Shown: positions 11,501 through 25,517 of the stretch, piece after piece
Layout: the number at the start of each line of letters is the position of its first letter
Numbering within the stretch: the first letter of the stretch is position 1
From: Phoronis australis
Taxonomy: Eukaryota > Animalia > Phoronida
NCBI GenBank assembly: GCA_002633005.1
Contig: NMRA01000012.1
Coordinates: 335,479-399,478 of the forward strand
Length of the DNA stretch: 64,000 bases
Direction: 5' to 3'
Made by a program: the position numbers and the translations under genes
The notes under the pieces: model-generated
Database searches by the model: none
What the model saw: only the letters and a program-made list of their open reading frames with translations
Told to the model about the DNA's origin: nothing

Positions 11501-14500
11501 CTGATGGCCCCCATAGAAAGAAGTGTGAACTGATGGGGCTACCCTCATTGTAAATATTACTTTAAATAAATAAATTGTTGAGAAATATGACATAATATGT
11601 ATCTATGCATCAACCATATTATGTGCTAAGTATGTGAATAGTTACCAATTATCAATAACCTAAAGATTAGTCATTTAGATGTTTGAAAACAATCATGTTT
11701 ACACATGTAAACAATCATGTTTACACATGTAAACAATCATGTTTACACAATTTGTTACTATGCCGACTCCTTAATTTGATGGAAAACTGCAGACTTAAAA
11801 TTTCAGCAACAAAACTTAATTTTACCTCATTACACATTTGCTACAGAAGGACCGGTAATACATGTCCACCAGACATGCCATTGCTTATTAACATAAAACA
11901 CAGTTAAAGGAATTGTCTACTACTCACACTAGGAGATTTCACGAATCAAAATATGAGTTTCGAGTGTCACCTAATGCTTATGTTTATGATTGAGTTTCAA
12001 TTTGTATCTATAGCCTACGCCCATGCCATGCACAGTTGGTGCCAGCGATTTCTAGTACACTTATTGAGTCTTTCACGACATCCACTCTCATAATTACTCC
12101 ATGGGTTCAAACTCGTCAGAAAACCATTTTTAAAGGGGCATTTCATGGCTGCTTCTTCTTTTTTGTTCCCTTCCATGCAATTTAAGTCTTCAGTTTTTCT
12201 GGGCAAAGTCCTCCACCCATCGGAGTAACGATGGACCCTACAGCACCTCAGGCCGAGGATCCGGTGCCACCTCCGTCTGAAGAACCACAGGACGAGCACC
12301 ATACCATTGGATATCCGTTTACATAGCCATGATGTGTAGAATGCATGCGTGTCTGTGGGATGGGTAAAATGGCCATAGAAGGTCCTCTCTTGTCCTAAGT
12401 GAACATGCTCCATCTTCATGGCAGCTAACAGTTTTGTTTCACCGTATATTTCTAAGCTGGTTGCCTTCTATGGCTGATGAGCCCAGACTGGCCATGTTTA
12501 ATCTGCGAGTTGTCCTTCTCGAACCTGACTTGCTGCCCAGTAGTGTTTTTACATGGTAAGGGAGTTGGTCTTACACCCAACCCTAGTGTGGCCCTCAGGA
12601 GTTATAGCATGTATGTTGTCTTAATATCAACCTTTCGACCTGCCCAACATAGATGACCCTACCAGGAGTTTGTAAGCTCCCACTGGTAAAACTCTAGAGG
12701 TCACAGAGATATGCAACCTGTTCCACGATAAGGCATACAACCCAGGAACAGAGTGGATGTTTAACTGTCAATGTTTAATTCCTAAGTGATGTGCATTAGA
12801 CTATAAAAATATTATTACCATATTCATCATGTTGCACAAGAGAGTTGCAGCCTCCACTGCGATCACCACCAACTCTACCCTCTGGCCTCTCTACCAACTC
12901 CCCCCACCCGGCCCCCCAGTCATCAGCAATTTCTGATTCCCCCCAGTCGTCACCAATTCAACCCTCTGGTCATCTTTGATACTCTGCTGTCTGAATTTTT
13001 TCTTGTTTTGTTGAATTTTCCTTAGTTTTTGCTTGAATCTGGGGTGCAGCCAATATTGCCCTCTAACTTTGACCAGAGCTATGAAACAACAAAATATGTT
13101 GTGCTTTTATAATTTTCTTACCAACTGCCAATTCTACATGTCTGCCAGACATTCTCTAAAATCACGGTTGACGACTTTTCCAGTTAGATGCACTTTAAGT
13201 ACTCGACCATTTGTCTAGTGAGGTTTATCTCCACCCATAGAGGGCTTGATTACGACAGCGGGAGTTGCTTGTTTAAGTATGCACTGAGTCTGATTTTGGA
13301 AAATCACTTTTCTTGCCCGATAATGTCCCTTTAAGGACTGTAGTTGAGATTACTGCCTCCATTGTGGATGTAGTGCTGGTGTGTCTTCCTTGTTTTATCT
13401 ACACACATCTTCAGCTTTTTGCTGTCCATGATAGCACTGTTTTCTTTCCTGGACAATGATTGGCCTGTAATGAACCTACTTATGTGGTTTGGGACCTCAC
13501 ACATTTTGTAGTGGAATTTCTTGACAGACATATTGCCTTTGTGATTAGACTAATCACACTGTAAGTGGTATCGGAATATGACACCTTGGCATCACTCACT
13601 CTCTGGGTTGGTTTTACCTTGAATTGCCCATTCTGAATTCATGTGTTTTAATAATAATCACTGTGTCAGAAATCCTGTCATTTTAATCTAGGTGGAAGGC
13701 TACTCTGTTACAGTCTATTCTAAAAACTGAATCGTTATTCTTGTGGGTGGTCCTTTAAACTGGCTCTTTTTGTGGAGGAGTCTTAAATCCAGTACCAGCA
13801 AGACATTTGATATATGTATATGTTGCTCTTTGGAGTGCTGCAGCTGCAGAGAAATGCAATATCCACTTGACCTGACTTGAATAAAAATAACACTGGTTGT
13901 GCTTAATGATAGGTGGGTGAGCACTGCTCTTCTCCAATAACTGTCTGCCATTGGTTAATAAACTATTCCCTGCAACTATAACCTCACTAAGTAATGTGTG
14001 AAATACTGGGTTATTTGGTGTAATATAATGAATGCAGATGTTATTTATCTTAGCTGGGTGGCCCTCCATAAGGCTCTTTCATACTGACTTAACTCTGGTC
14101 TGAGTGGATAGTTGACATAAACTGTGGTAGTTAACAGACTTCAAAATAAACAGTAGGTCAGGCTGTTGTCATGAAGTAATCGCAAGGTAGCGTGCACGCT
14201 AAGATTTTTTTGATATGACAATTTGGGAACATTTACATGTGCTAATTGACATAAAACTTATTTTTACTTGGATTGGTGATTATTCGAGCAAAATATAAGC
14301 AACTATTAGTGATGATACTACCCTTTAATTGTTGACGATAACAGTGGCACCTGGCAATAACTTCGATGGGACCAAAGTTGACCGTTCATACTCTACCGCA
14401 GCGTCGAAGCTCCACTGTTAAATCCACCTGTTTACTGTGAAGTTAAGTGGCGCAGTGGCGCAGTTAACTTCGATTCAGGACCGAAACTCCCCAAAACATC

Positions 14501-17500
14501 GATGCGTTGACGTTGGTATAAAAGGTCCTATAGACTCGTGGTAATTGCAAGAGCTAGTGTGATCACATTCTTCATTTGTATAATGCATGGCACAAAGACT
14601 TGCATCATCTTGGTTTTATACGTTTTTTCGTCTATAGAACGCTGACCAATTTCCAAAATTGAGCATTTTCACTTTTCAAAGGCTTGTTACATTGTTGAGC
14701 ACACCCATAGTTTCTCAAAAGATTTTCTTGAAAATACCAAAGAGTTTTATTTTTACCTACTTATTGTTAATGAAGGCTATAATTTCACCCTGCCAGCCTA
14801 TTGTGTTATCTTGAATTGTTTGTGTATGAGCCAGCAACTTGAGTCGCAGGTAATGCATACATGTGCTATTTTTAAATTCGGTATTTTTGATAGATTGGCC
14901 AAAACTCTGAAACGTGTTCTCAAGTCGCTGATTGCTTTGATGTTGTTGTTGATTATACAAATAATATCTTATCGTGGCTAGGAGCATTATGCTAACGGTT
15001 TTGTGAGAGTAAAAAGCCTAATTCAGTTTTTGTCTTAGGTAGCTAAATGGCGAAATGCAGGTTTAATTTGAAAAATGTTAATTTCACGTTAAACTTTTGG
15101 TATTATAATTATAATGTTAAATGATAGTTTCTTACATCAAGTTTCCCCAATAACATTGCACTAAACATGAGAATAGACTTTAACATAGATGTAGACATTT
15201 TTACATAATTTGCAGAAAATGACAAGTTTGCATTAGTAAGCTCTCATCTCAGGTGATGCAACTGAACTTATTTCACAATCACAACATACTGGTAGTAACA
15301 TAATAGACATTTAGTGAAATGCAGCAGGCCAATCAGGATCTTGAAATTGGCACTTTGGAGCTAGACAACTTTTGCATTCTTTTGTTACACTTTTTGAGTT
15401 TAAAATGCTAAAAAATTATGTTGCTAACTTTCAAGTTTTTGTTATTTCGGTGCAAACACGAGGGATATCAAAATGATGCGTTGAAGAAAAAAATTAATGA
15501 TATGAGTTTTGTGTAAAAGCCAAAATGGTAAAATTGGAGGTACTGAAAATCCAGGAAATCGATAAACTGGACTATTATTATAGCAGTTGAAACATTAAAC
15601 GGACACCGTGCTATGAAATTTTAGTGTCCAATCTTTTCTAAAAGATTCCAATTATTGATTTAGTTAGAGGATGTAAATTTCACATTTTTGCCAGAGGTAC
15701 CTCCGTTTTAAGTGGCTGTAACAGAAAAACGAATGTGGTGACCCTCGCTTTCTTTTGCAGATTTGATAGCAGGTAAAGTCCCTATTTTTTAAATTCAACA
15801 ATAAACCAAACCTGTGTAGAATGTTTAAAATTATTTTGTTTCCTCCTCTACACTTATAGGTACAAATAATAAAGTTGTCACTTGAAGTTCTTGGTATTCA
15901 TTTGCTAAATAATCCTTGCAAAGAGCTACTAGTATGTTTGTGGCAAATACTTCTGTCATTATGTCACTGTTCCCTTGTCATACAATTTACATTATTGTGG
16001 TGTGTTTACACCCAATGACTACAAGTTTGACTTTCAGTGTACTCTATGTCTCTGTTCATCCGGTCTTGGGCCTGTACCACTTCTTTTAGTATGTAATGAA
16101 ATGACAGAAGATGCTGTTGTTTTAAAGTTGGTGTTGGAACTGTGGACTTGGTCATTCATTCTGATTCAAGTGATACACTACAAGACAAGCCTAATCAGAC
16201 AAAATACCATTTCCCCTTCTTGACAATTCTGTTGACAGGAAAAATGACTGGTAATAACTATTATGGCGAGGAGGCAATGTTGCCTTGTGGGATTAATATC
16301 CACTTCCTTTACTCATGGTTGTGGGTTCGAGTCCCGCTGGGGCACATTGCGAGATCCTAGAGTCAGGTCTCTAACTCCTCGGCTTGGTTTTAAGTTTATA
16401 TTAATCGAGCATAAAAATGGTTCCATGTGATCAGTGCAATGGGCCCACATGAGCGACCTGCGCACGTCTGCTACAACATGTACCTGTCCAACCTCCATCA
16501 GTTTTCGTTATTATGGCAGGGAAATTTTAATTACAAAATGGTTAGCTACCTTTCTAACTTTCCTGTTCATTCGTTACTATCCCCGGTCGTGAGGAAAGAC
16601 CAGCCATCATGACTGGGAATTCTGGGTCATTTTGTCTGAATAGTGTTGGCTTGCGCTGTCAGTGTTGATGATTAGAGATGTCTCCAATGAAACATGTGAC
16701 AACCAGCATACCAATGAAACTGGATCATAGGACTTGTCAATGTCGGTTGGTGTCAAAACTTGAAATACAACCCGGAGTTTTTCTCTAGTTGAATAAAAAC
16801 GAGGTTAATTTCCATATTTTGGATCTTAACACAAAAGTCACATTTAGACCCTAATGAGGAGAAGGGCAGACATAGAGAATGTGTTTTACAGATAAACATG
16901 TACATGTCAATTTGTTTCCGTAAACCTAGCTTCCTTGTTTTGTACTAGCCCTTCCTCTGATGAATCTTATCANACAAATATTAAAGTTGTCACTTGAAGT
17001 TCTTGGTATTCATTTGCTAAATAATCCTTGCAAAGAGCTACTAGTATGTTTGTGGCAAATACTTCTGTCATTATGTCACTGTTCCCTTGTCATACGACTT
17101 ACATTATTGTGGTGTGTTTACACCCAATGACTACAAATTTGACTTTCAGTGTACTCTATGTCTCTTTTCATCCGGTCTTGGGCCTGTACCACTTCTTTTA
17201 GTATGTAATGAAATGACAAAAGATGCTGTTGTTTTAAAGTTGGTGTTGATACTGTGGACTTGGCCATTCATTCTGATTCAAGTGATTCACTACAAGACAA
17301 GCCTAATCAGACAAAATACCATTTCACCTTCTTGACAACTAATTCTGTTGACAGGAAAAATGACTGGTAATAACTATTATGGCGAGGAGGCAATGTTGCC
17401 TTGTGGGATTAATATCCACTTCCTTTACTCATGGTTGTGGGTTCGAGTCCCGCTGGTGCACATTGCGAGATCCTAGAGTCAGGCTTGGTTTTAAGTTTAT

Positions 17501-20500
17501 ATTAATCAAGCATAAAAATGGTGCCAGGTGATCAGTGCAATGGGCCCACATGAGCGACCTGCGCACGTCTGCTACAACATGTACCTGTCCAACCTCCATC
17601 AGTTTTCTTTATTATGGCAGGGAAATTTTAATTACAAAATGGTTAGCTACCTTTCTAACTTTCCTGTTCATTCGTTACTATCCCCGGTCATGACCAGCCA
17701 TCATGACTGGGAATTCTGGGTCATTTTGTCTGAATAGTGTTGGCTTGCACTGCCAGTGTTGATGATTAGAGATGTCTCCAATGTAACATGTGACAACCAG
17801 CATACCAATGAAGCTGGATCATAGGACTTGTCAATGTCGGTTATTGTCAAAACTTGAAATACAACCTGGAGTTTTTCTCTAGTTGAATAAAAACAAGGTT
17901 AATTTCCATATTTTGGATCTTTAACACAAAAGTCACATTTAGACCCTAATGGGGAGAAGGGCAGACGTAGAGAATGTGTTTTACAGATAAACATGTACAT
18001 GTCAATTTGTTTCCGTAAACCTAGCTTCCTTGTTTTGTACTAGCCCTCTGATGAATCTTATCATAATCTCACTCTGTCTGTTGCAGTTTCAAGTACATAC
18101 AACACTTCCCCATTCATCCAATCATAATGTCCTGCTGTTTTGACTATATTTCCCTAAGATCTCATGCTTTCCTTATCTTCTAGCTATCCCCATTACAGTC
18201 AGTAACATCTTGGTATTTCTGTTACAGTTTCATGGTATTCCCACTGACAACTACTATGCAGTGGCGCCTCACCACTCGGGCGTGTATCCAGTCTTCGAGC
18301 CTCTATACGATGCGTGGAAGAAGATCTGGGGAATACAGGTGACGAGTACAGAGGAGTACCCCCACCTTAGGCCAGCCATAGGTCGGAGGGGCTTTATACA
18401 TCAGGGTATCAAGGTAGGCAGATGAAATTTGCATGGCCCTTATGATGTCTTCTTTTATTGAACTAGATGCATTTACTTGAAGAAAGGTCTTATATCACTT
18501 GAAATTGGAGAAGTTTGGAAGTGGCCCCTGTTATACACATAATGTGTTCTATACAGGCCACTGACTGCAGCTGTCTTTTGCGTTGACTGTTTTTTCAGAA
18601 TGACGGATGTAGCGATACTATAGAATCATTATACACACGAGCATCGCATCTTGCGCACGAACCACCTATGAATCATGCATACGAACCCAAAAATCACGCA
18701 TACGAACAAAAATCATCTACACGAACACAAAATCATTCACACACGCAATGAATCACAAGTACGAATACTTTGTCGTTTTGTGGATCGTGCGTATGATTAG
18801 GATGCTCGTCTGTATGATTGTGTTCGTTTGTGTGATTTTTGTTGTTCGTATGCATAATTTTTGGGTTCGAATGTATGATTCATGAGTTCATAGGTGGTTC
18901 GTGAGTAAGATGCGATGCTCGTGCGTATAATTATATGGTTCCCCTGAGATTGTGTAGCTTGAATTCGTAGTTTGTAAGTAGTCCTTCATGTATGCAGAAT
19001 TTATTATGCGAAGAATCGTGATATCTATAATGTGGACTGTATCTTGTAATGTCATGATCTTTTACCTGCAGGTGCTACCGCGTCAGACATGTGGTCTGTT
19101 CACGCACACAATATTCATAGATAAGTACCCTGGAGGACGTATACGACTAGAGAACAGTATTAGAGGAGGCGAGCTGTTTCAAACCTTCTTGTTCAACCCA
19201 GTGAGTTAATGGTTACCTTTTGAATTTTTACTTTTCATTTGGCATTACTCTACCTGGTGTGAAACAGTGCAGAGCTTTTAATGGCTGCGTTTGAGTCACT
19301 CTCCGAGGCCAACCATGACATCTGATTGGTTTCCAGTGGCCTCTGCAACTTGGGCACAGGAACTTACCAGATGTTTTCGCCTTTTGACTTGGGGGACACA
19401 GTGTACCTTAGGGGAGTAAATTAGGTGCAGCAATTTTGTAAATTCATACAAAATTCTACAATATTCAGTACAAACTCACCATACCTGAATGTTAAAGTTT
19501 TCAACTTCTTGCTAATTGTTTGATGTTAATGTTTGTACGTATATAGTCTGTATGCATTTTAATGGAGATAGGCAGACTTGAAAACTTCTTCACAAAGACC
19601 CTGTTGATCGATAACAGGGGTCTTGTGAGTTTTAGCTGTGGTGTTTTGTGCAGTGGGCCCAACCACAAGTCCTGCGCACATCTGATGCACTGCCAAAGAA
19701 TCAGATCACCTGCACTCTTTTTGTACGCGTGTTATCATTTGACAGCTAGGAAAAATGAGAAATTTCATTTCAGGTTTGTTCTGTTTATTAAAATCCAAGT
19801 ATATTTTCTTATACTTTTGATCGAACTTTTGTGCGCTCACAAAAAAAAATTGTAGCGTAAGTCAGTATCCCTCCCATCTGTTTCCTTCGGATGTTGTGTT
19901 GTGTTGGTGACACACTTGTGTTTTTACTATCCTTTGTTCAGATCAATATCTTCATGACCCACTTGTCAAACTACGGCAATGATCGCCTGGCGCTCTACAC
20001 ATTTGAAACGGTTGTCAAGTTTGTGCGTTGCTGGACCAATCTACAACTGAGGACTGTTCGCCCACTCCAGCTCGCTCGCATGTATTTTGACAATTACCCT
20101 GATGAGGTGGATCCCGTGTGGTCGGTGAGTGACACCTAGTGGTCATGTGTGAAGGCAGTGGAGTATAGTGGTGTGCATATCTGTCTTATTCATAAAGTTG
20201 CAAGTCCCCTTAAGATCTAAACTTTAGAGCGCAATGCTAGAACCCTGAGTCTTTGTGCTTGATTTAAATTGTGCCGATACTGTTAGGTGGCCATTATAAT
20301 TGTTATGGACTTTACCTGAATTATTTTGTAGCGCCTGTCTAGTAGAATTGAGAGAATTTAGCTACTTCGAAACTCTTTGTCCAACTAGTTTGTATTCATG
20401 GAAGTTTAGAGGATGTTATTAAAATCAGCAGCTGTGCACAACAGCCCAGTTTCAACAAAATTCATTTGCTGAGTATTTTAGAAAGTTGTTGAGAAAATTA

Positions 20501-23500
20501 AGCCGAGTTCTCTTTTGCAGGCGCCTTGTGTTGACTCCAGGCACAGAAACATTTGGCCCATTAATAAAACTTGTGATCGACTTCCCCATTTCCTGGTTAT
20601 AGGGCCCCAGAAAACAGGTCAGTTGCCCTAAGATTGTCATCCAGTATTGTAGGCTGTGATCAGACTCATTGACTCCTCAGAAAAATGTAGTTTTGATCTG
20701 GTGGATTTTGTTGCGGCTCAGCAACACAAATCATTTGTTGAAGTTAACGGCAGTGATATTCTTGTATGCAGTGGTAGATATGCCATTTCAGATTTTCCTT
20801 TGATGTCTCTAAGTCACTGACCATAATTATAAACATTTTCAAAAGTGTACTTGGTGGAGAAGCAAAGGTTTAAATTTACAATTCCTTAAAATGTCTGTGT
20901 ACGTTATGGTCAGAGAGGGGGAAAGTCAATGTTTCGGGAAATTCTCTTTATGGTGTGAAGAATGTGCCATTTTCTATGGTTTTAGAAATGACTTCCCATT
21001 TAAATAAAACGGCAATATTTATTTTGTTGTTTTTTCTCTATTTTTTGTAATATGCTAATCTTCAACTCTGTCATTGAAAGTTGAGAGTTTTACTTGATAC
21101 AATATTTCATCCCCTCTTCTGATTATTCCAGGATCCACAGCTTTGTACACATTCCTAACACAGCATCCAGCAATAAGGAGCAACTTCCCCAGTCCTGTTA
21201 CTTTTGAAGAGGTTCAGTTCTTTGGTGGCCGTAATTACTACAAAGGCATTGACTGGTCAGTATCTACATCTATATTGAAGAGTCTATTTCACGTCTTGCC
21301 AAAAGTCAGAAATCTGACTACCAATAGCCAAAATTTCATTTTTTTGTCTTTTGTGTTGTTCGAATTGTCTTTTGTCTTGAGCAGAAATGGATTTCTGCCT
21401 TTTGACTTTGAGTTGCAGACAGATTATCTGACTGCTTTTCACAGACTTATTACTAGCCACAAGACCAAAGCCAGTAGACTGTGAGAAACAAGCCGCTGTC
21501 ATAGAAGTGTATGAGTATTGTTTGGTGAAAGGGCTTTGCTGCATTGGTGTGGCAGCTGCAGTGGTTGGTAGAAGTTATGTTTGCAGCATAAGTTGTGTTG
21601 TGTTGTTAAAGGCATGTAGTGTGAGTATTTGAGTTGTAAAACCAATCTGAAGCTGAATATTTGAATTGGAGTCTCAGCCGATTAGAAGGCAAGTGTACAT
21701 ATTTATTATTTATTACATTGGCATGAATGCATCACAGAATGCAATACAAAAACAATAAGTCTTATGACCTCTTGGGCTTTTAAATCTCTGTTACAAATTA
21801 AGAAGTTTCATTTGTACTTAACAGCTATTATAACTTATGGTTGAAATAGTATAGAGGTCATGCTCTAGGCCAATTGACCTATTGCAAGCTCCGCCGCCTT
21901 GCGAAAAGTCACGGGACACCCAACAAACAAATAATAAGTTTTACCCAACGTGTTATATGTCGGGTAAAATGGTGGCTTGGAAACGAAGGTGTGTCAAGAA
22001 TGCTGCGCTCTGATTGGTCAGTTGAGCCGTCACTCAAAATCCTAGTGATTGGTCAATTATTACCTAAGAAATCAAAGGCTACCATCGGTCAATTCAATGG
22101 CTGACCTTGAAATTTCATTCACAATGAATTTAGCATAATTAAAGTAGGTGTCATGTTCATGCTAAATTACGATGTCACTAGATTGGATGATCATAGATAG
22201 AGCAGTAGGTACTAAAAAGACTGGCCGACACTATTGACATGTGTTAAAGATGAGACTTAAATACAGTATCCTTCCCTAGTGATCCAAAATAAAGGGAAGT
22301 GTACAGGAAAGTTAGAAAGATTCAGTAAATTTTGAGCTGTGATTAAAGATGTGATGCTGAATAATAAAGTTTCTGAGTGTGCATATTTGTATTCAGTTCT
22401 GTTTCTACCTGTTGGCCAAATCTTGCACATGACAATTGCTGGCAATTGGTCTACTTAACATAAGTTTAGCATTTTATGATAATTTTTCTTTGAATTAAAA
22501 CTCAGCATAGGGTTCTTCGAGTCCTGTTCCTGGGGTCTAGTCTCTGTACTCGAAATTCAATGAAAATTTGCATGTCGCGCCTTTACCGTAGTCAACTTAC
22601 AAATTTGTGCTTGAATCATACACTGTGATTGGTTAAATTTCGAGTCTGAATCTGACTCCAGTCTGAGTTCCGAGATTAGGTCTTGTGCTTTGTTTAAACT
22701 GGTAAGTTTGTGTAATTTATTGTCGGTTTTTCAGAAATTTGAAATACTTGTGAAGGCAATCAAGGGTACCGTCATCCTTATCAAATTGAGAATAAACATT
22801 TTGGGGTGTCTTTTTTTACCCGTATCATGCACAAATACCACCATTTTGTCTCTGTGGAAAAGTTTCTGGCATCTTGTTTACAAAATTGTGAGTGCAACAT
22901 AATGATCACATCTTGCTACCAATAGGTACATGGATTTCTTTCCGGATCAACCTGCCAATGGCTCATACTATCTATTTGAGAAGAGCGCCACATATTTTGA
23001 CAAAGACTTTGTTCCTAAGAGGATCCACACGCTGTTGCCCAAGGCCAAGTTAATCTGTATATTGCTGAGCCCTGCTAGGAGGGCGTACTCCTGGTACCAG
23101 GTATGTGTCATCTGCATCGATTTCAGAATGCTCGCGCTTTTGCCAGAAGGCATTTTCAGTGTTTAGTATGTTTTTGTCCATCTTCACATCTTTTATTTTG
23201 TATGTTATTATTTGTTAGGGATGACCACAGAAATAACTGTTCCACTTTCTGGTGCTATACCCTGGTTTTATTTTTCTCACATTCATGTATTACCATCTTA
23301 TTTGTCTTATTTTGTGTTATCATATCTCATCTTTACTCATGTCTCTCCTTCAGTTATATGTCTTGTGTATATAGCCCAATGATCAATCAATAAATCGGTC
23401 AATCAATCCATCACCATCATTTTTATATATGTGAGCTGAGCATGATCAATCAATAAATCAGTCAATCAATCCATCGCCATCATTTTTATATATGTGAGCT

Positions 23501-25517
23501 GAGCATGTATATTTGTTCTTTTTGAACTAAAATTAAGCTCTTTCTAGTTTTCACAAACATTTCAATCATTCATGAAAATTTCAAGCTATGCTGTGTTTTT
23601 GATTAAGTTCTGAAATTCATCCATTGGAGTTTATGGATATGAATTTCCCACAATTCGCTACTTTCGTCTTGCACAGTTCGGTGTGGCCCGTAACCAGGTT
23701 TATTTTCCACTGCAGCACATAAGAGCCCACCGAGACAAAACAGCTTTAAACTACTCATTCTACGAGGTGATCTCAGCCGACCAGTCCGCTCCCAAGCCAG
23801 TGCGTGACTTGCGCAGTCGCTGCCTCAACCCTGGACTGTATGCTCATCACTTGGAGAAGTGGCTGCTGTACTTCTCAAGCAAACAAGTTTGTAAATTCAG
23901 CCATACTTTGTTTTGTGATACAACTGATAACTGGTGAATTATACTAAATAGAGACTGCTTGAAAACTGTTTTCATTAAAATAGTTAATATCAATAGCGAG
24001 TTACGTTTTGGTTTACTATGCCTTAACTGATAATGCAGCTTTTTTGGAAAGCAATGTCGTCTGCTCCACGTCCACAAACATGATTCAGAAGTGCACTGTT
24101 GTTGTTATTGCTTTAAAAGACGAATGGAATTTTTGACTGTGAGGTTCCATTGTGTCATATTCCGTAGAATTTCTTCTTCGTGGGACATTAGGCTACTCTG
24201 ACTTAAGACCGTGAAGTGTTTCTTGTTCTTCTGCCTGTGTTTATGCAAGAGTCTTAAGATCTAATCCTCGAGTCCTATGTAGAATCAATTATGGTAAATT
24301 GTACAATTCCATTTGATGTTTAATGTTGTCAGTTTCCTGTGAGATTGGGTTTATGAGCCAATCCTTACTTATTCCAGATTCTCATCTTGGATGGTGGAAT
24401 GTTAAAGACGGAGCCAATCAAAGTGATGGACACAGTGCAGCAGTTCTTACATGTAGAACCCTACATGAACTACTCTAGTCACTTGAGGTACTTAAGTGCA
24501 GATGCACTCGCCATTTCTGTGATACTTAAATGACGTGAAAAATAGTATCCCTTTTTGAGGCACTTTTTTGTGGGAATAAATTTATTTGAATGCTCACATA
24601 TCAGAGCACCACACCACAAAAGTATGTATGCCTATGGGTGTATTTTTGGCAACTGTATGTTGTTTTGGAAATCTGATGGGTTGTTGTAAAATGCATATGT
24701 ATTATGTTTTGAGTGTAAAACTGTATATGACATTATATATGACTGTCATCTAATGAGGTATTGAGTGACTTTGAAGGTAACTAGCCGTATTAGCAAACCA
24801 GTATAAAGGAGTTTTAATAACGCACTGAGCTTGTTGAATGTGAAATTAGTACACACAGATAAAATTCTTTCTAGTGAGATACAATTATATTAAAAAGGAT
24901 GCGTTTGTTTGTTTCACAAAAACTGCACCATAGAATGTTTCATACAGTTTCCGAAAATATACTCCCCTTTCCAAAAAATACACCCAGCCGCGTATTCAGT
25001 TTCATTTGACGTTTTGACGGGTCGTTTTCCAAATACTTGTCCATAAGCCTATTTTCGGAAATTTCTAGTAGAAGGTTGTGTATGCATACATGAAGCCAAT
25101 ACAACGAAAGAAGGTTGAAATCATACTGTAAACATATTAGTATATTTTTGGCAGCCAAATCTTTGAAGAGAGTTGAAATTGAAGCCATTCCTCAACAGCT
25201 TTGTTCTTCATAGCTCCAAAAACAACAGAGTTGTGAAATTGCTTTATGACTGATGTCTTAGGATCATGTTGGGTCTCATTGTTGTGTTCTGTTTTTGCAG
25301 ATATGATGCCAAGAAAGGTTTCTTCTGCCAAATTAGAGATGACAATCACACAAAATGCCTCGGTAAAAGTAAGGGTAGGCTCTATCCGCAAATGGATGAT
25401 ACTTCGAGGCGATTTCTTTCTCAGTTTTATAAACTTTCGAATGTGGCTCTGTATAAGCTACTGAACAGAATCGGCCAACAGATTCCCGGTTGGTTAGAGG
25501 ATGAACTCGCCACATGA
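1481..25517 (+). CDS. NDST: Bifunctional heparan sulfate N-deacetylase/N-sulfotransferase (NDST/sulfateless ortholog), whole gene; 12 coding exons per isoform with alternative exon 3a/3b
   Basis: join(1481-2509,3780-3906,[8244-8359 or 9142-9260],18228-18413,19072-19200,19942-20124,20521-20617,21132-21255,22926-23100,23716-23886,24378-24487,25301-25517). All introns GT-AG and phases consistent; 887/888 aa. N-terminal TM anchor, DIDD, FWWFxHxWxH, [19 protein letters not shown] (5'-PSB), [17 protein letters not shown] and KCLGKSKGR motifs. Confidence 0.96.
3780..3906 (+). CDS. NDST: NDST coding exon 2
   Basis: ttgcag|[42 protein letters not shown]|gtgagt, phase 0 to 1. Confidence 0.93.
8244..8359 (+). 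CDS. NDST: NDST alternative exon 3a (deacetylase HxWxH motif)
   Basis: ttacag|(E)[38 protein letters not shown]|gtaatt; 116 nt, phase 1 to 0. Confidence 0.9.
8766..8802 (+). promoter_or_regulatory. Candidate recursive splice site (polypyrimidine tract-CAG|GTAAGT) between NDST exons 3a and 3b
   Basis: ctctctatccttcacctttgctctgaaacAG|GTAAGT: acceptor directly abutting a perfect donor consensus. Confidence 0.5.
9142..9260 (+). CDS. NDST: NDST alternative exon 3b (paralog of 3a)
   Basis: ttcgtag|(E)[39 protein letters not shown]|gtaaga; 119 nt, phase 1 to 0; not captured as such in the ORF track. Confidence 0.88.
9521..10010 (+). mobile_element. Truncated Penelope-like retroelement with an inverted terminal duplication
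   Basis: Decayed GIY-YIG C-terminus ([44 protein letters not shown]); 9521-9661 is the reverse complement of about 9848-9989. Confidence 0.75.
12430..12745 (-). mobile_element. Probable decayed non-LTR (RTE-like) retrotransposon 5' region
   Basis: Motifs gacctgcccaacatagatgaccctaccaggag...ctctagaggtcac resemble RTE 5' UTRs; recognition only, no intact ORF. Confidence 0.4.
15862..18063. repeat. About 1.1 kb direct duplication (15862-16972 / 16974-18063) joined at a single N
   Basis: Near-identical copies with small indels; N at 16973. Confidence 0.9.
18228..18413 (+). CDS. NDST: NDST coding exon 4
   Basis: [21 protein letters not shown]...[12 protein letters not shown] boundaries. Confidence 0.94.
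18628..18931. mobile_element. Foldback/MITE element
   Basis: attatacacacgagcatcgcatctt... is inverse to ...aagatgcgatgctcgtgcgtataat; internal sub-repeats (acgaac/gttcgt). Confidence 0.75.
19072..19200 (+). CDS. NDST: NDST coding exon 5
   Basis: [13 protein letters not shown]...[12 protein letters not shown]|gtgagt. Confidence 0.94.
19942..20124 (+). CDS. NDST: NDST coding exon 6
   Basis: [21 protein letters not shown]...DPVWS|gtgagt. Confidence 0.94.
20521..20617 (+). CDS. NDST: NDST coding exon 7 (start of sulfotransferase domain)
   Basis: [32 protein letters not shown](G)|gtcagt. Confidence 0.93.
21132..21255 (+). CDS. NDST: NDST coding exon 8
   Basis: (G)[12 protein letters not shown]...[17 protein letters not shown](W). 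Confidence 0.93.
21872..22058. mobile_element. MITE copy 1 (TIR AATTGACCTAT)
   Basis: Terminal inverted repeats; internal sequence shared in opposite orientation with 54279-54435. Confidence 0.7.
22926..23100 (+). CDS. NDST: NDST coding exon 9
   Basis: YMDFFP...FEKSATYF...[10 protein letters not shown]|gtatgt. Confidence 0.93.
23380..23506. repeat. About 63 bp tandem duplication
   Basis: atgatcaatcaataaatc...gtgagctgagc twice. Confidence 0.8.
23716..23886 (+). CDS. NDST: NDST coding exon 10
   Basis: [11 protein letters not shown]...[23 protein letters not shown]|gtttgt. Confidence 0.92.
24378..24487 (+). CDS. NDST: NDST coding exon 11
   Basis: [36 protein letters not shown](R)|gtactt. Confidence 0.92.
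25301..25517 (+). CDS. NDST: NDST last coding exon
   Basis: [10 protein letters not shown]...[15 protein letters not shown]...WLEDELAT* (TGA). Confidence 0.93.

Noticed and set aside
15745-15779. Possible 12-nt poison microexon (ttgcag|ATTTGATAGCAG|gtaaag) in the NDST intron
   Set aside because: Weak donor, repeat-like context and no supporting evidence.
16317-16345. tRNA-like B-box (ggttcgagtccc), also at 56985 and a weaker one near 20195
   Set aside because: No cloverleaf; these are SINE remnants, not tRNA genes.
15862-18063. 1.1 kb tandem duplication in the long NDST intron
   Set aside because: The copies meet exactly at a lone N and differ by scattered SNPs and indels, as expected for two haplotypes joined at a contig overlap. 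Probably an assembly artefact; read depth would decide.
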